64,000 bases of DNA, taken from positions 6,657 to 70,656 of the forward strand of contig CAMWME010000007.1 in the NCBI GenBank assembly GCA_947175325.1, given 5' to 3'. Origin of the DNA: an uncultured Clostridia bacterium. Lineage in GTDB: Bacteria > Bacillota > Clostridia > Christensenellales > Borkfalkiaceae. Made by a program: the position numbers and the translations under genes. Of this stretch, positions 8,531 to 15,899 are shown one piece after another. Numbering within the stretch: the first letter of the stretch is position 1; every line of letters begins with the position of its first letter. The notes under the pieces were generated by a model. That model ran no database searches. It was not told the DNA's origin and saw only the letters and a program-made list of their open reading frames with translations.

Positions 8531-10018
8531 TTAAACTTCTTGTTCGGTTTCTTTTTCGACGCTTACACTTTCAACTTCCGCTTCCGTATTAGGCGTCTTA
8601 TCTTGCGATTTATCAAAAACGGCGAGAAGGCACGCGTAAACCACCGTGGGGAATATAAGGAAGATATGGCAGTCCAACAGTGATAAAATAAGGATAGGAA
8701 GAATAGTTAAAGCAATAAAAGTACGTTCAAGCGTAACGTTTTTGCAGAAGGAAATCACCGTCTGCGCTCTGTGAACCAAATAAGCTGCAAGCCCTATAAT
8801 TCCGCAAGCTGCCATTAATTCCAATACCGTGTTGTGGCACATCATAGGGATAAAGCTCAGTCCGGCGGCGCCGTCGTAAGTATAATCAACGTAAAAGCCC
8901 GAACCGAGCAGAGGGGAGGAGCTGAAGTAGTCTAACGCTTCTTTCCAAATTCTCCAACGTCCGCTTCCGTTAAGTTCTCCGTTTACGAACACGTTTTCGA
9001 AAACGGTTTTGAAAAATCCTACGAATTTTTCTCTGAAAATACATATAAATACTATTCCCGCAGCAACCGTGGCGGCAGCTATGCAAATATTCGGGATTCG
9101 GTACTTGCCTTTAACAAGCAAAATTATCATGCAAGCGGGGTAAATAACCAGCGCGCCGACCATAGCTTGTCTACTGCAACAAAGGAACGTCGCGGCTAAT
9201 ATTAATAGGGAATAAGCTGTAAACAGATATCCGCACTTTTCCTTACCCGCAAGATACAGCACGGCGGGAATGCACATTAAAATCAGTAAACCGTAAGTAT
9301 TGTAAACGCCCCAGCCGAATATCAGCTTTCCCCTTTGAATATTTCCGTCAACGAACAAGTTTTCCGTCGTGGCGTAAGCTACTATAAGCTCGATAATCAG
9401 TAATACGCTTAAAGCCACGAACCCGTAGGCAATCTTTTCAAAGTTCTCTTTGCTAATCTTTATATTGTCTTTTATCGCGGCGTAAATCAACAATAAACAA
9501 ATCGTAAGCACCGCGCCGTAAAGAATATTTTTCGGAGTATATTCTTTACTGAAAAGTCCGTTTAAAATAAACGCGAACGAAAGAACGCACAACCCGTAAA
9601 AAATAGGGCTAAGCTTCATTTTCTTTTTAACACAGCACAACACTAACCTGTAAATCAAAGCGCAGAATATAAGTGAAACTATAACTATAATCTGTGCAAG
9701 TATTGCCGTTGAGGAGTAGTAGTCGTAACCGCCCATTGCGTCCGAAGGGGTATGTTTAAGTGAAACTACCAAATTAACGAATATAACTTGCGGGAGCAGC
9801 GGGGTAATATCATCAAGCAGTAAAAATATTAATAGAAAAACTAACCCCATATAATATATTGCAACTATATCCAAGCCGAGGTAATAGCAAGCAAGCAATA
9901 CCGCCGCAGTGGCAAAGGGAAAATATTTAGACGATATAACGTTTTTTAGTATATTCAACGCTTTACTGCGCTTTATCTTTTCAAGGGAAGTAGTCATAAC
10001 GTTAAAAGTATAATCCAA
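8531..10018 (-). CDS. O-antigen ligase / Wzy-type polymerase family polytopic membrane protein
   Basis: 495 aa with at least 10 hydrophobic helices and a central loop region CCSRQAMVGAL. Visibly more AT-rich than its neighbours, as is typical for wzy-like genes. The acidic C-terminal tail is unusual. Confidence 0.6.
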   Translation of the reverse strand: MDYTFNVMTTSLEKIKRSKALNILKNVISSKYFPFATAAVLLACYYLGLDIVAIYYMGLVFLLIFLLLDDITPLLPQVIFVNLVVSLKHTPSDAMGGYDYYSSTAILAQIIVIVSLIFCALIYRLVLCCVKKKMKLSPIFYGLCVLSFAFILNGLFSKEYTPKNILYGAVLTICLLLIYAAIKDNIKISKENFEKIAYGFVALSVLLIIELIVAYATTENLFVDGNIQRGKLIFGWGVYNTYGLLILMCIPAVLYLAGKEKCGYLFTAYSLLILAATFLCCSRQAMVGALVIYPACMIILLVKGKYRIPNICIAAATVAAGIVFICIFREKFVGFFKTVFENVFVNGELNGSGRWRIWKEALDYFSSSPLLGSGFYVDYTYDGAAGLSFIPMMCHNTVLELMAACGIIGLAAYLVHRAQTVISFCKNVTLERTFIALTILPILILSLLDCHIFLIFPTVVYACLLAVFDKSQDKTPNTEAEVESVSVEKETEQEV

Positions 10019-10040
10019 TTGTTACCAAATGTCAAGGTGA

Positions 10041-10056
10041 TAATCTAATTAGATTA
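10041..10056. promoter_or_regulatory. Perfect 16-bp palindrome TAATCTAATTAGATTA in the divergent promoter region (candidate operator)
   Basis: The exact inverted repeat was read directly. It lies just downstream of a minus-strand TTGAAC-18-CATAAT promoter candidate and is flanked by GGTGAT repeats. Confidence 0.4.
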
Positions 10057-10090
10057 TGGTGATTAAACCGTAAAATGTTCAATTCAGTAC

Positions 10091-10119
10091 TTGATTTATA
10101 TAGGTATCCGTGATAAAAT
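10091..10119 (+). promoter_or_regulatory. SigA-type promoter for the GDP-heptose operon
   Basis: TTGATT, 17-nt spacer, TAAAAT. It is followed by the 13-bp palindrome GTGTAAATTACAC at 10138-10150. Confidence 0.45.
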
Positions 10120-10211
10120 AATTATATAATCGTGTCCGTGTAAATTACACTTTTATTAAACGACAAACGGCGCGTTATTATTTCATAATAAAATAATCGA
10201 ACGGTGATAAA

Positions 10212-11225
10212 ATGATTTTAACCAAGACGCCTTTCAGAATGAGTTTTTTCGGCGGCGGAACGGATATGCCGCAATTCTTCGAAAAGTACGGCGGGGCAGT
10301 TTTGTCCACGTCGTTCGATAAATACGCCTACGTAACGGTAAGGCACTTACCGCGCTTTTTCGATTACACTACCGAGCTTATCTACGCCAAAACCGAGCGC
10401 ATAACGAGGCTCGACGATATGGAGCACCCTATGGTCAGAAACGCCATGAAGATGCTCGACATGAAGGAGCTGCACATTTCCTACGACGCGGACCTACCCG
10501 CAAGAACGGGCTTGGGCACCTCAAGCACCTTTGCCGTCGGTCTTTTGAACGCCTTTTATTGCTTAAAGGGTCAGTACCGTTCCAAGAAAGAGCTTGCAAA
10601 CGACGCAATCTATCTTGAAAGAACGCTCTGCAACGAAGCGGGCGGTTGGCAAGACCAAATCGCCGCAGCCTTCGGCGGACTTAACAGAATTGACTTCAAC
10701 GAAAGGGGCTACCACGTCAACCCCTTGATTATCTCACCCGAAAGGAAGATAAGGTTAAACGATAACTTAATGCTTTTCTTCACGGGCTTTACGCGTATGT
10801 CTTCGCAGATACAAACCTCGACCACCGCGTCCATTGACGAAAAGCACGCACAGCTTATGAAGATGCGTTCCCTTGTCGACGAGGCGCAAGAAATTTTGGA
10901 AAAACCCGAAAGGGACTTAAACGACTTCGGCAGACTTTTGGATACTTCGTGGCGGCTTAAAAAACAAACGGGCAACAAAATCTCGTCCAACTCGATAGAC
11001 GAGCTTTACGAAAAAGGCATAAAAGCCGGCGCTTTGGGCGGCAAGCTTCTCGGCGCGGGCGGCGGCGGCTTCCTTCTTTTCTACGTCGAACCCGACAAGC
11101 AGTCCGCCGTAAGAAAAGCTTTTGCCGACTTAATGGAAGTACCCTTCAAATTTGAAAACGCCGGTACGCGCGTAATTTATTACACGCCCGAAGCCTTCGA
11201 TAAACGCACCAGCATAGAGGAGTAG
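10212..11225 (+). CDS. hddA: GHMP-family sugar kinase, D-glycero-alpha-D-manno-heptose 7-phosphate kinase type
   Basis: N-terminus MILTKTPFRMSFFGGGTD and the GHMP motif PARTGLGTSS. C-terminal GAGGGGFLLFY. It sits in an operon with nucleotidyltransferase/phosphatase and gmhA genes. Confidence 0.8.
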   Translation: MILTKTPFRMSFFGGGTDMPQFFEKYGGAVLSTSFDKYAYVTVRHLPRFFDYTTELIYAKTERITRLDDMEHPMVRNAMKMLDMKELHISYDADLPARTGLGTSSTFAVGLLNAFYCLKGQYRSKKELANDAIYLERTLCNEAGGWQDQIAAAFGGLNRIDFNERGYHVNPLIISPERKIRLNDNLMLFFTGFTRMSSQIQTSTTASIDEKHAQLMKMRSLVDEAQEILEKPERDLNDFGRLLDTSWRLKKQTGNKISSNSIDELYEKGIKAGALGGKLLGAGGGGFLLFYVEPDKQSAVRKAFADLMEVPFKFENAGTRVIYYTPEAFDKRTSIEE

Positions 11226-11226
11226 T

Positions 11227-12516
11227 ATGAAAACAGTCATTATGGCTGGGGGCAAAGGCACCCGTATCTCGTCGGTTGCAAGCGATATCCCCAAACCGAT
11301 GATTAAAATAGACGGCAAGCCCGTCCTCGAAAGAGAGATAGAGTGTTTAAAGGCACAAGGCTTGACGGATATAATAATAACCGTTTCGCACCTTGGTCAG
11401 ATAATAATCGACTATTTCGGCGACGGAAGCAAAATTTCCCCCGTAACGGGTAAGCCCTTCGGCGTCAATATCGAGTATTATTTCGAGGAGCAGCCCTTGG
11501 GCAACGCGGGCGCACTGTTTAAAATCAAGGACAAGCTTACGGACGATTTCCTTCTTTTAAACGCGGACGCGGTTTTCGATATCGACTTTATAAGGTTTAT
11601 AAACTATCACAAACAAAAAGGCGGGCTCGTAACTCTTTTCACCCACCCCAACAGCCACCCCTACGACAGCGGACTTATTATCTTCGATAATAACGGCGCG
11701 GTGTTAAAATGGCTTGCCAAAGAGGACGACCGCCCCGCACACTACAAAAACAGAGTAAACGCGGGCTTGCACGTCCTATCCAAAAAGGTTTTAGATACCG
11801 AAATCGACACCCCCAAAATAGACTTGGACAGACAGCTTTTAAAGCCTTTGGCGGGCACGGGTAAAATGTTCGTATACGACAGCCCCGAATACGTCAAGGA
11901 TATGGGCACGCCCGACCGCTACGAAAGCGTCTGCCGCGACTTTGCAAACGGCACCGTGCAAGCAAAAAATCTCATAAACAAGCAAAAGGCGATTTTCCTC
12001 GATAGGGACGGCACTATCAATAAGTACGTCGGCTTTTTAAAAAGCGTTGAGGAGTTCGAGCTTTTGGTCGGCGTATCCGACGCAATTAAAAAAATAAATG
12101 CAAGCGGGTACCTTGCAATAGTCGTAACTAACCAACCCGTTATCGCAAGGGGGGAAGTTACCTTTGCGGGGCTTGAAGAAATCCACGATAAAATGGAAAC
12201 CCTTTTGGGACAAGACGGCGCGTATTTGGACGGATTGTATTTCTGCCCGCACCACCCGCACAAAGGCTACGAAGGCGAAGTGCCCGAACTTAAAATCGAC
12301 TGCGAATGCAGAAAGCCCAAGGCGGGAATGCTACTTCAAGCCGCCAAGGACTTCAATATTGATTTATCGCAGAGTTGGATGATAGGCGACGGCGAAAACG
12401 ACGTACTCTGCGGCAAAAATGCGGGCTGTAAAACCGCCTCGATAGGTCAGAACCCTTCGGCGGATATATGCGGTAAAAGTCTTTTGGACTGCGTAAACGA
12501 AATTTTGGAGAATTAG
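11227..12516 (+). CDS. Fusion: heptose-1-phosphate nucleotidyl(guanylyl)transferase (HddC-like) plus D,D-heptose 1,7-bisphosphate phosphatase (GmhB-like HAD)
   Basis: The N-terminal half has the MAGGKGTR nucleotidyltransferase loop. The C-terminal half has FLDRDGTIN (DxDGT HAD motif), VTNQP, and the zinc-binding CPHHP...CECRKP motif typical of GmhB. Confidence 0.8.
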   Translation: MKTVIMAGGKGTRISSVASDIPKPMIKIDGKPVLEREIECLKAQGLTDIIITVSHLGQIIIDYFGDGSKISPVTGKPFGVNIEYYFEEQPLGNAGALFKIKDKLTDDFLLLNADAVFDIDFIRFINYHKQKGGLVTLFTHPNSHPYDSGLIIFDNNGAVLKWLAKEDDRPAHYKNRVNAGLHVLSKKVLDTEIDTPKIDLDRQLLKPLAGTGKMFVYDSPEYVKDMGTPDRYESVCRDFANGTVQAKNLINKQKAIFLDRDGTINKYVGFLKSVEEFELLVGVSDAIKKINASGYLAIVVTNQPVIARGEVTFAGLEEIHDKMETLLGQDGAYLDGLYFCPHHPHKGYEGEVPELKIDCECRKPKAGMLLQAAKDFNIDLSQSWMIGDGENDVLCGKNAGCKTASIGQNPSADICGKSLLDCVNEILEN

Positions 12517-12518
12517 TT

Positions 12519-13169
12519 ATGGAAGCTAAATTGCAAAAACATATTGATTTGTTAATTGAACGCTATCCGTCGCTTGCCGTTTGCAAGGAAGATATAATTA
12601 AAGCTTACGAAATTCTTGAAGAATGCTATTCAAACGGCAATAAGCTTTTAATCGCGGGCAACGGCGGCAGCTGTGCAGACGCCAATCATATCGTCGGCGA
12701 GTTAATGAAGGGGTTTAAACTCAAACGCAAGTGCCCCGCAACCTTCGCCGAAAAGTTAAAAAATATTGACGGTACTCGCGGCGCGGAGCTTGCCGAAAGC
12801 TTACAAGGCGGCTTATCCGCAATAGCGCTTGACGGACACCAAGCCTTAAACACGGCGTTTATTAACGACGTTGCGGGCGGCGGACTTCTCACCTACGCAC
12901 AGCAAGTCTACGGCTACGGAAAGGCGGGGGACGTTCTCCTCGGTATATCTACCTCGGGCAATTCCAAAAACGTAATGAACGCAACGGTGGTCGCACGCGC
13001 TACTGGTATAAAAGTTATAGGCTTGACTGGCTCAACGGGCGGCGAGCTTGCAACGGTAGCCGACGTCGCAATCAAGGTCCCTTCAACCGAAACCTATATG
13101 ATACAAGAGCTTCACTTGCCCGTGTATCACACCCTTTGCCTAATGCTTGAAGACCATTTCTTCGGTTAG
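12519..13169 (+). CDS. gmhA: Phosphoheptose (sedoheptulose-7-phosphate) isomerase, SIS domain
   Basis: LIAGNGGSCADANHIVGEL and ISTSGNSKNV motifs. Length of 216 aa is slightly long for GmhA. Confidence 0.8.
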   Translation: MEAKLQKHIDLLIERYPSLAVCKEDIIKAYEILEECYSNGNKLLIAGNGGSCADANHIVGELMKGFKLKRKCPATFAEKLKNIDGTRGAELAESLQGGLSAIALDGHQALNTAFINDVAGGGLLTYAQQVYGYGKAGDVLLGISTSGNSKNVMNATVVARATGIKVIGLTGSTGGELATVADVAIKVPSTETYMIQELHLPVYHTLCLMLEDHFFG

Positions 13170-13192
13170 TTGTTCCGTTTTAGGAGTAAATC

Positions 13193-13762
13193 ATGAAACC
13201 ACATAAAATTCACCCCATATCTGTTTTGCGTTTGATTTGGTTATCAATTTGGATATTTTTCTTGTTATTAAGTATTGGCGCAATAGTAGGTATTTTTATT
13301 GAAGAACACGACCTGTTTTTTGTTGTGCTTGTGTTAATCTGTGGTATTATTGGGTTAGTTGTCAGTTTTACTATTTTATGTTTAGATTTTAAAAAAGGCG
13401 TTAAGTTTGACGCTAACGGCATAAAGGTAGAGGCTGACGTGGCAGACAAAAAAGGGCTTTTAGTTCGTAGATTTCAACATAAAACGGAGATAGCTTATAA
13501 CGAAATAGATGATATATTATTAATAGCTTCGGATACGGATTCGCGTGGTCGAAAGGTAGAAAACGTTTTCATAAAAATGCCTTATATTGTTTTTAAGTGT
13601 AAGGACGGGAAACAAAAAGCAATAAATGTCTATTATTTTAACAAAAAACAAAAAATAAGGATAATTGACGAAATAAGACAAAGGGCATTAGAAGCTGGAA
13701 ACATTCTAAATATACCGTCAGGTGAAGTTATGTGGAATGATTATAGTGTAAGATACAGATAA
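13193..13762 (+). CDS. Hypothetical membrane protein (two N-terminal TM helices plus a soluble beta-rich domain)
   Basis: AGGAG RBS, and the coding region is clearly more AT-rich than its surroundings. I recognise no family. Confidence 0.5.
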   Translation: MKPHKIHPISVLRLIWLSIWIFFLLLSIGAIVGIFIEEHDLFFVVLVLICGIIGLVVSFTILCLDFKKGVKFDANGIKVEADVADKKGLLVRRFQHKTEIAYNEIDDILLIASDTDSRGRKVENVFIKMPYIVFKCKDGKQKAINVYYFNKKQKIRIIDEIRQRALEAGNILNIPSGEVMWNDYSVRYR

Positions 13763-13797
13763 AATAAGGAGCTATATAGCTCCTTATTATTTATTTT
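13762..13797 (+). terminator. Rho-independent terminator
   Basis: ATAAGGAGCTA (13764-13774) pairs perfectly with TAGCTCCTTAT (13777-13787), followed by a T-rich tract. Confidence 0.75.
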
Positions 13798-13834
13798 CGG
13801 TATAATTTCCGCCCCGAAAGGCAAAAACCGAAGT

Positions 13835-14044
13835 ATGACAAACAAAGAATTAATCGATATTTCCGCCGTAGAAATTACGGGCAACTCCGTCCAAGAACGG
13901 CTCGCGTGTTTTATAAAAACGGTAAAAAACCCTTATTGTTTCCGCGTTAAGTCAACGCCCGTCCAACTCGTCTTTTCGGATAAAGCGGGCGCTCCCGCCG
14001 TGGAAAACGCCTTGGTAAATATTGCCATCCGCAGATTTAAGTAA
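13835..14044 (+). CDS. Small (69 aa) protein upstream of the recombinase; candidate accessory or directionality factor
   Basis: Contains a KNPYCFRV motif that I recall from small proteins neighbouring large serine recombinases in Clostridia elements (DUF-type family, from memory). The RBS is weak. Confidence 0.45.
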   Translation: MTNKELIDISAVEITGNSVQERLACFIKTVKNPYCFRVKSTPVQLVFSDKAGAPAVENALVNIAIRRFK

Positions 14045-14118
14045 ATCAATTGCAATAAAAGCCGCCTTCCCGTAAAATAAAATTGCGTTAAAGTGCCGTC
14101 CTTTTAAAAGGCGTACAT

Positions 14119-15816
14119 ATGTCAAGAACAAGCAAATATCTCTCGGAGGCAGTTCAACCCGCACCCGTAGCGGCGTGGCGGGCGGGGCTGTATATAAGAC
14201 TTTCCCGAGAGGACGGCGACAAATTAGAGAGCGAAAGCGTTTCCTCGCAGAAAGCGCTGTTACAGCGTTTCGTTGACGACAACACTGAAATAACTCTAAC
14301 GGATTATTATATAGACGACGGTTACAGCGGGACGGACTTCGAACGCCCAGCTTTTCAGCGTATGATGGCGGACGCGGCAAGTAAAAAAATAAATTGCGTA
14401 ATCGTCAAAGACTTGTCTCGTTTCGGCAGAAACTACGTCGAGGCGGGCAAGTATTTGGAACTCGTTTTCCCGACCTTCAAGCTCCGCTTTATCGCGGTGA
14501 ACGACGGCATAGACAGCTTTGCCCAGCCGTCCACTATGAACACCGTGATAGTGCCCTTTAAAAACATAATCAACGACGAGTACTGCCGCGACATTTCAAT
14601 GAAGGTTAGAAGCGCCCTTGATATCCGCCGCAAGCAAGGCAAATTCATCGGTTCCTTCGCCGCCTACGGCTACGAAAAAGACGAAGCCGACCACAACAAA
14701 CTCGTTATCGACGATGAGGCGGCCGCAACGGTTCGCTTTATTTACGAAAAATTTCTGTCGGGTTACAGCATAATAGGCATAGCTCGGCTATTAAACGAGC
14801 GCGGCGTACCCAACCCGTCCGCCTATAAAGCCGAAAAAGGACTTAACTGCCGCCGCAGTTCAACTTGCAAAAACGGCGGTGCGTGGACGGATTCCACCGT
14901 AAGACGGATACTCACGAGCGAGGTATATATAGGCAACCTCGTGCAGAAGAAAAACGAGGTCATAAGCTATAAAATCCACTCGGCAAAAGCAGTCGAAAAG
15001 TCCAACCGCATAACGGTAAAAGGCACCCACAAACCCATAATTTTACAGCAAGATTTTGACAAAGTGCAATCTCTCTTAAAACGCGATACGCGCACCTCGC
15101 CCAAAGAGAGCGGCAAGCTGTCAACGTTTGCGGGCTTTATAAAGTGTGCCGACTGCGGCAGAGCCATGCAAAAGCGCACCGTCAAACAGCCCAACAAAAC
15201 ATACGAGTATTATATCTGTTCAACCTACCGCAAAATGCACAGCACCCTTTGCACCAAGCACGCTATCCGTGCGGAAGTCCTTGAAGAAGCAGTTCTCACA
15301 ACGCTAAACAAATATATTCAGCTTGCCGTAGACTTCGATAGACTTCTCGAAAAAATCAACCGCATGCAAAAGGGCGGGGCGCGGTCTAAAAGGCTCACCG
15401 CCGAACTTTCTTCCAACCAAAAAGAGCTTGAAAAGTCGCAAAAGATTTTACTTGATTTGTACCCCGATTTCAAAAACGGCTTAATCAGCCGCGAGCAATA
15501 CTTCGCCTTAAAGGAAAGGTATGAAAACTCAATCAAGCGCACCGAGCGTGAAATTGCCCGCATAAAGGAAGAAATGCGTAGCTTCGCAAACGGAGTGGAC
15601 GGCAGCAACCCCTTCGTTGCAACCTTCAAAAAGTACGGCGGACTAACTAAGCTTTCGCGCGATATTTTAGTCGAGCTCGTTGAAAATATCTATATCCACG
15701 AGGGCGGCGGTGTGGAAATCCATTTGAAGTGCAAGGACGCTTTTCTTGCCGCCTCCGAATATATCGAACAACACCAAACGGTGTCGAACGCCGAAAACTC
15801 AACCGGTATTGCATAA
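14119..15816 (+). CDS. Large serine recombinase (SpoIVCA/CisA / phage-integrase class)
   Basis: N-terminal resolvase domain (GLYIRLSREDGD with catalytic Ser, VIVKDLSRFGRN), a recombinase domain, a Cys-pair zinc ribbon (CADCG...C), and a C-terminal coiled-coil. Length 565 aa. Confidence 0.9.
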   Translation: MSRTSKYLSEAVQPAPVAAWRAGLYIRLSREDGDKLESESVSSQKALLQRFVDDNTEITLTDYYIDDGYSGTDFERPAFQRMMADAASKKINCVIVKDLSRFGRNYVEAGKYLELVFPTFKLRFIAVNDGIDSFAQPSTMNTVIVPFKNIINDEYCRDISMKVRSALDIRRKQGKFIGSFAAYGYEKDEADHNKLVIDDEAAATVRFIYEKFLSGYSIIGIARLLNERGVPNPSAYKAEKGLNCRRSSTCKNGGAWTDSTVRRILTSEVYIGNLVQKKNEVISYKIHSAKAVEKSNRITVKGTHKPIILQQDFDKVQSLLKRDTRTSPKESGKLSTFAGFIKCADCGRAMQKRTVKQPNKTYEYYICSTYRKMHSTLCTKHAIRAEVLEEAVLTTLNKYIQLAVDFDRLLEKINRMQKGGARSKRLTAELSSNQKELEKSQKILLDLYPDFKNGLISREQYFALKERYENSIKRTEREIARIKEEMRSFANGVDGSNPFVATFKKYGGLTKLSRDILVELVENIYIHEGGGVEIHLKCKDAFLAASEYIEQHQTVSNAENSTGIA

Positions 15817-15842
15817 AAGCGGGTTTAAACCCGCTTTTTTTA
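15817..15842 (+). terminator. Rho-independent terminator after the recombinase, just inside attR
   Basis: GCGGGTTT (15819-15826) pairs with AAACCCGC (15827-15834), followed by a T7 run. Confidence 0.75.
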
Positions 15843-15850
15843 TAAAAAAC

Positions 15851-15899
15851 TTATGGTGTTTTATTGACAACCGCCCCCGCCGCGGCAGACACCATAATT
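15851..15899 (+). other. attR (element-derived left arm / spoVAD-derived right arm)
   Basis: Core CCCGCCG at 15876-15882. The inferred crossover dinucleotide is CC at 15876-15877. See the att-site finding for arm symmetry. Confidence 0.65.

Larger units (their letters stand above)
2402..15877. mobile_element. 13,474-bp intervening/integrative element inserted in spoVAD, with a large serine recombinase at its right end and glycan-precursor cargo
   Basis: It is bounded by direct CCCGCCG cores at 2402-2408 and 15876-15882 in the same codon phase of the two spoVAD halves. The recombinase gene ends 60 bp inside the right junction. Deletion rebuilds ...MAPAAADTI.... Confidence 0.8.

Noticed and set aside
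13763-14118. Search for a forespore (SigF/SigG) or mother-cell (SigE/SigK) promoter in front of the small ORF and the recombinase.
   Set aside because: I found only a partial SigF-like match (GTATA-N15-GGCAAAAACC near 13810-13830), which misses the last two conserved positions. There is no CATnnTA or CATACA-type -10 at a proper spacing. This is too weak to call by eye.
2402-15877. The element might be a prophage or ICE.
   Set aside because: None of its ORFs shows capsid, portal, terminase, tail, lysis, replication, relaxase or T4SS features. All the large ORFs have clear sugar-metabolism motifs.
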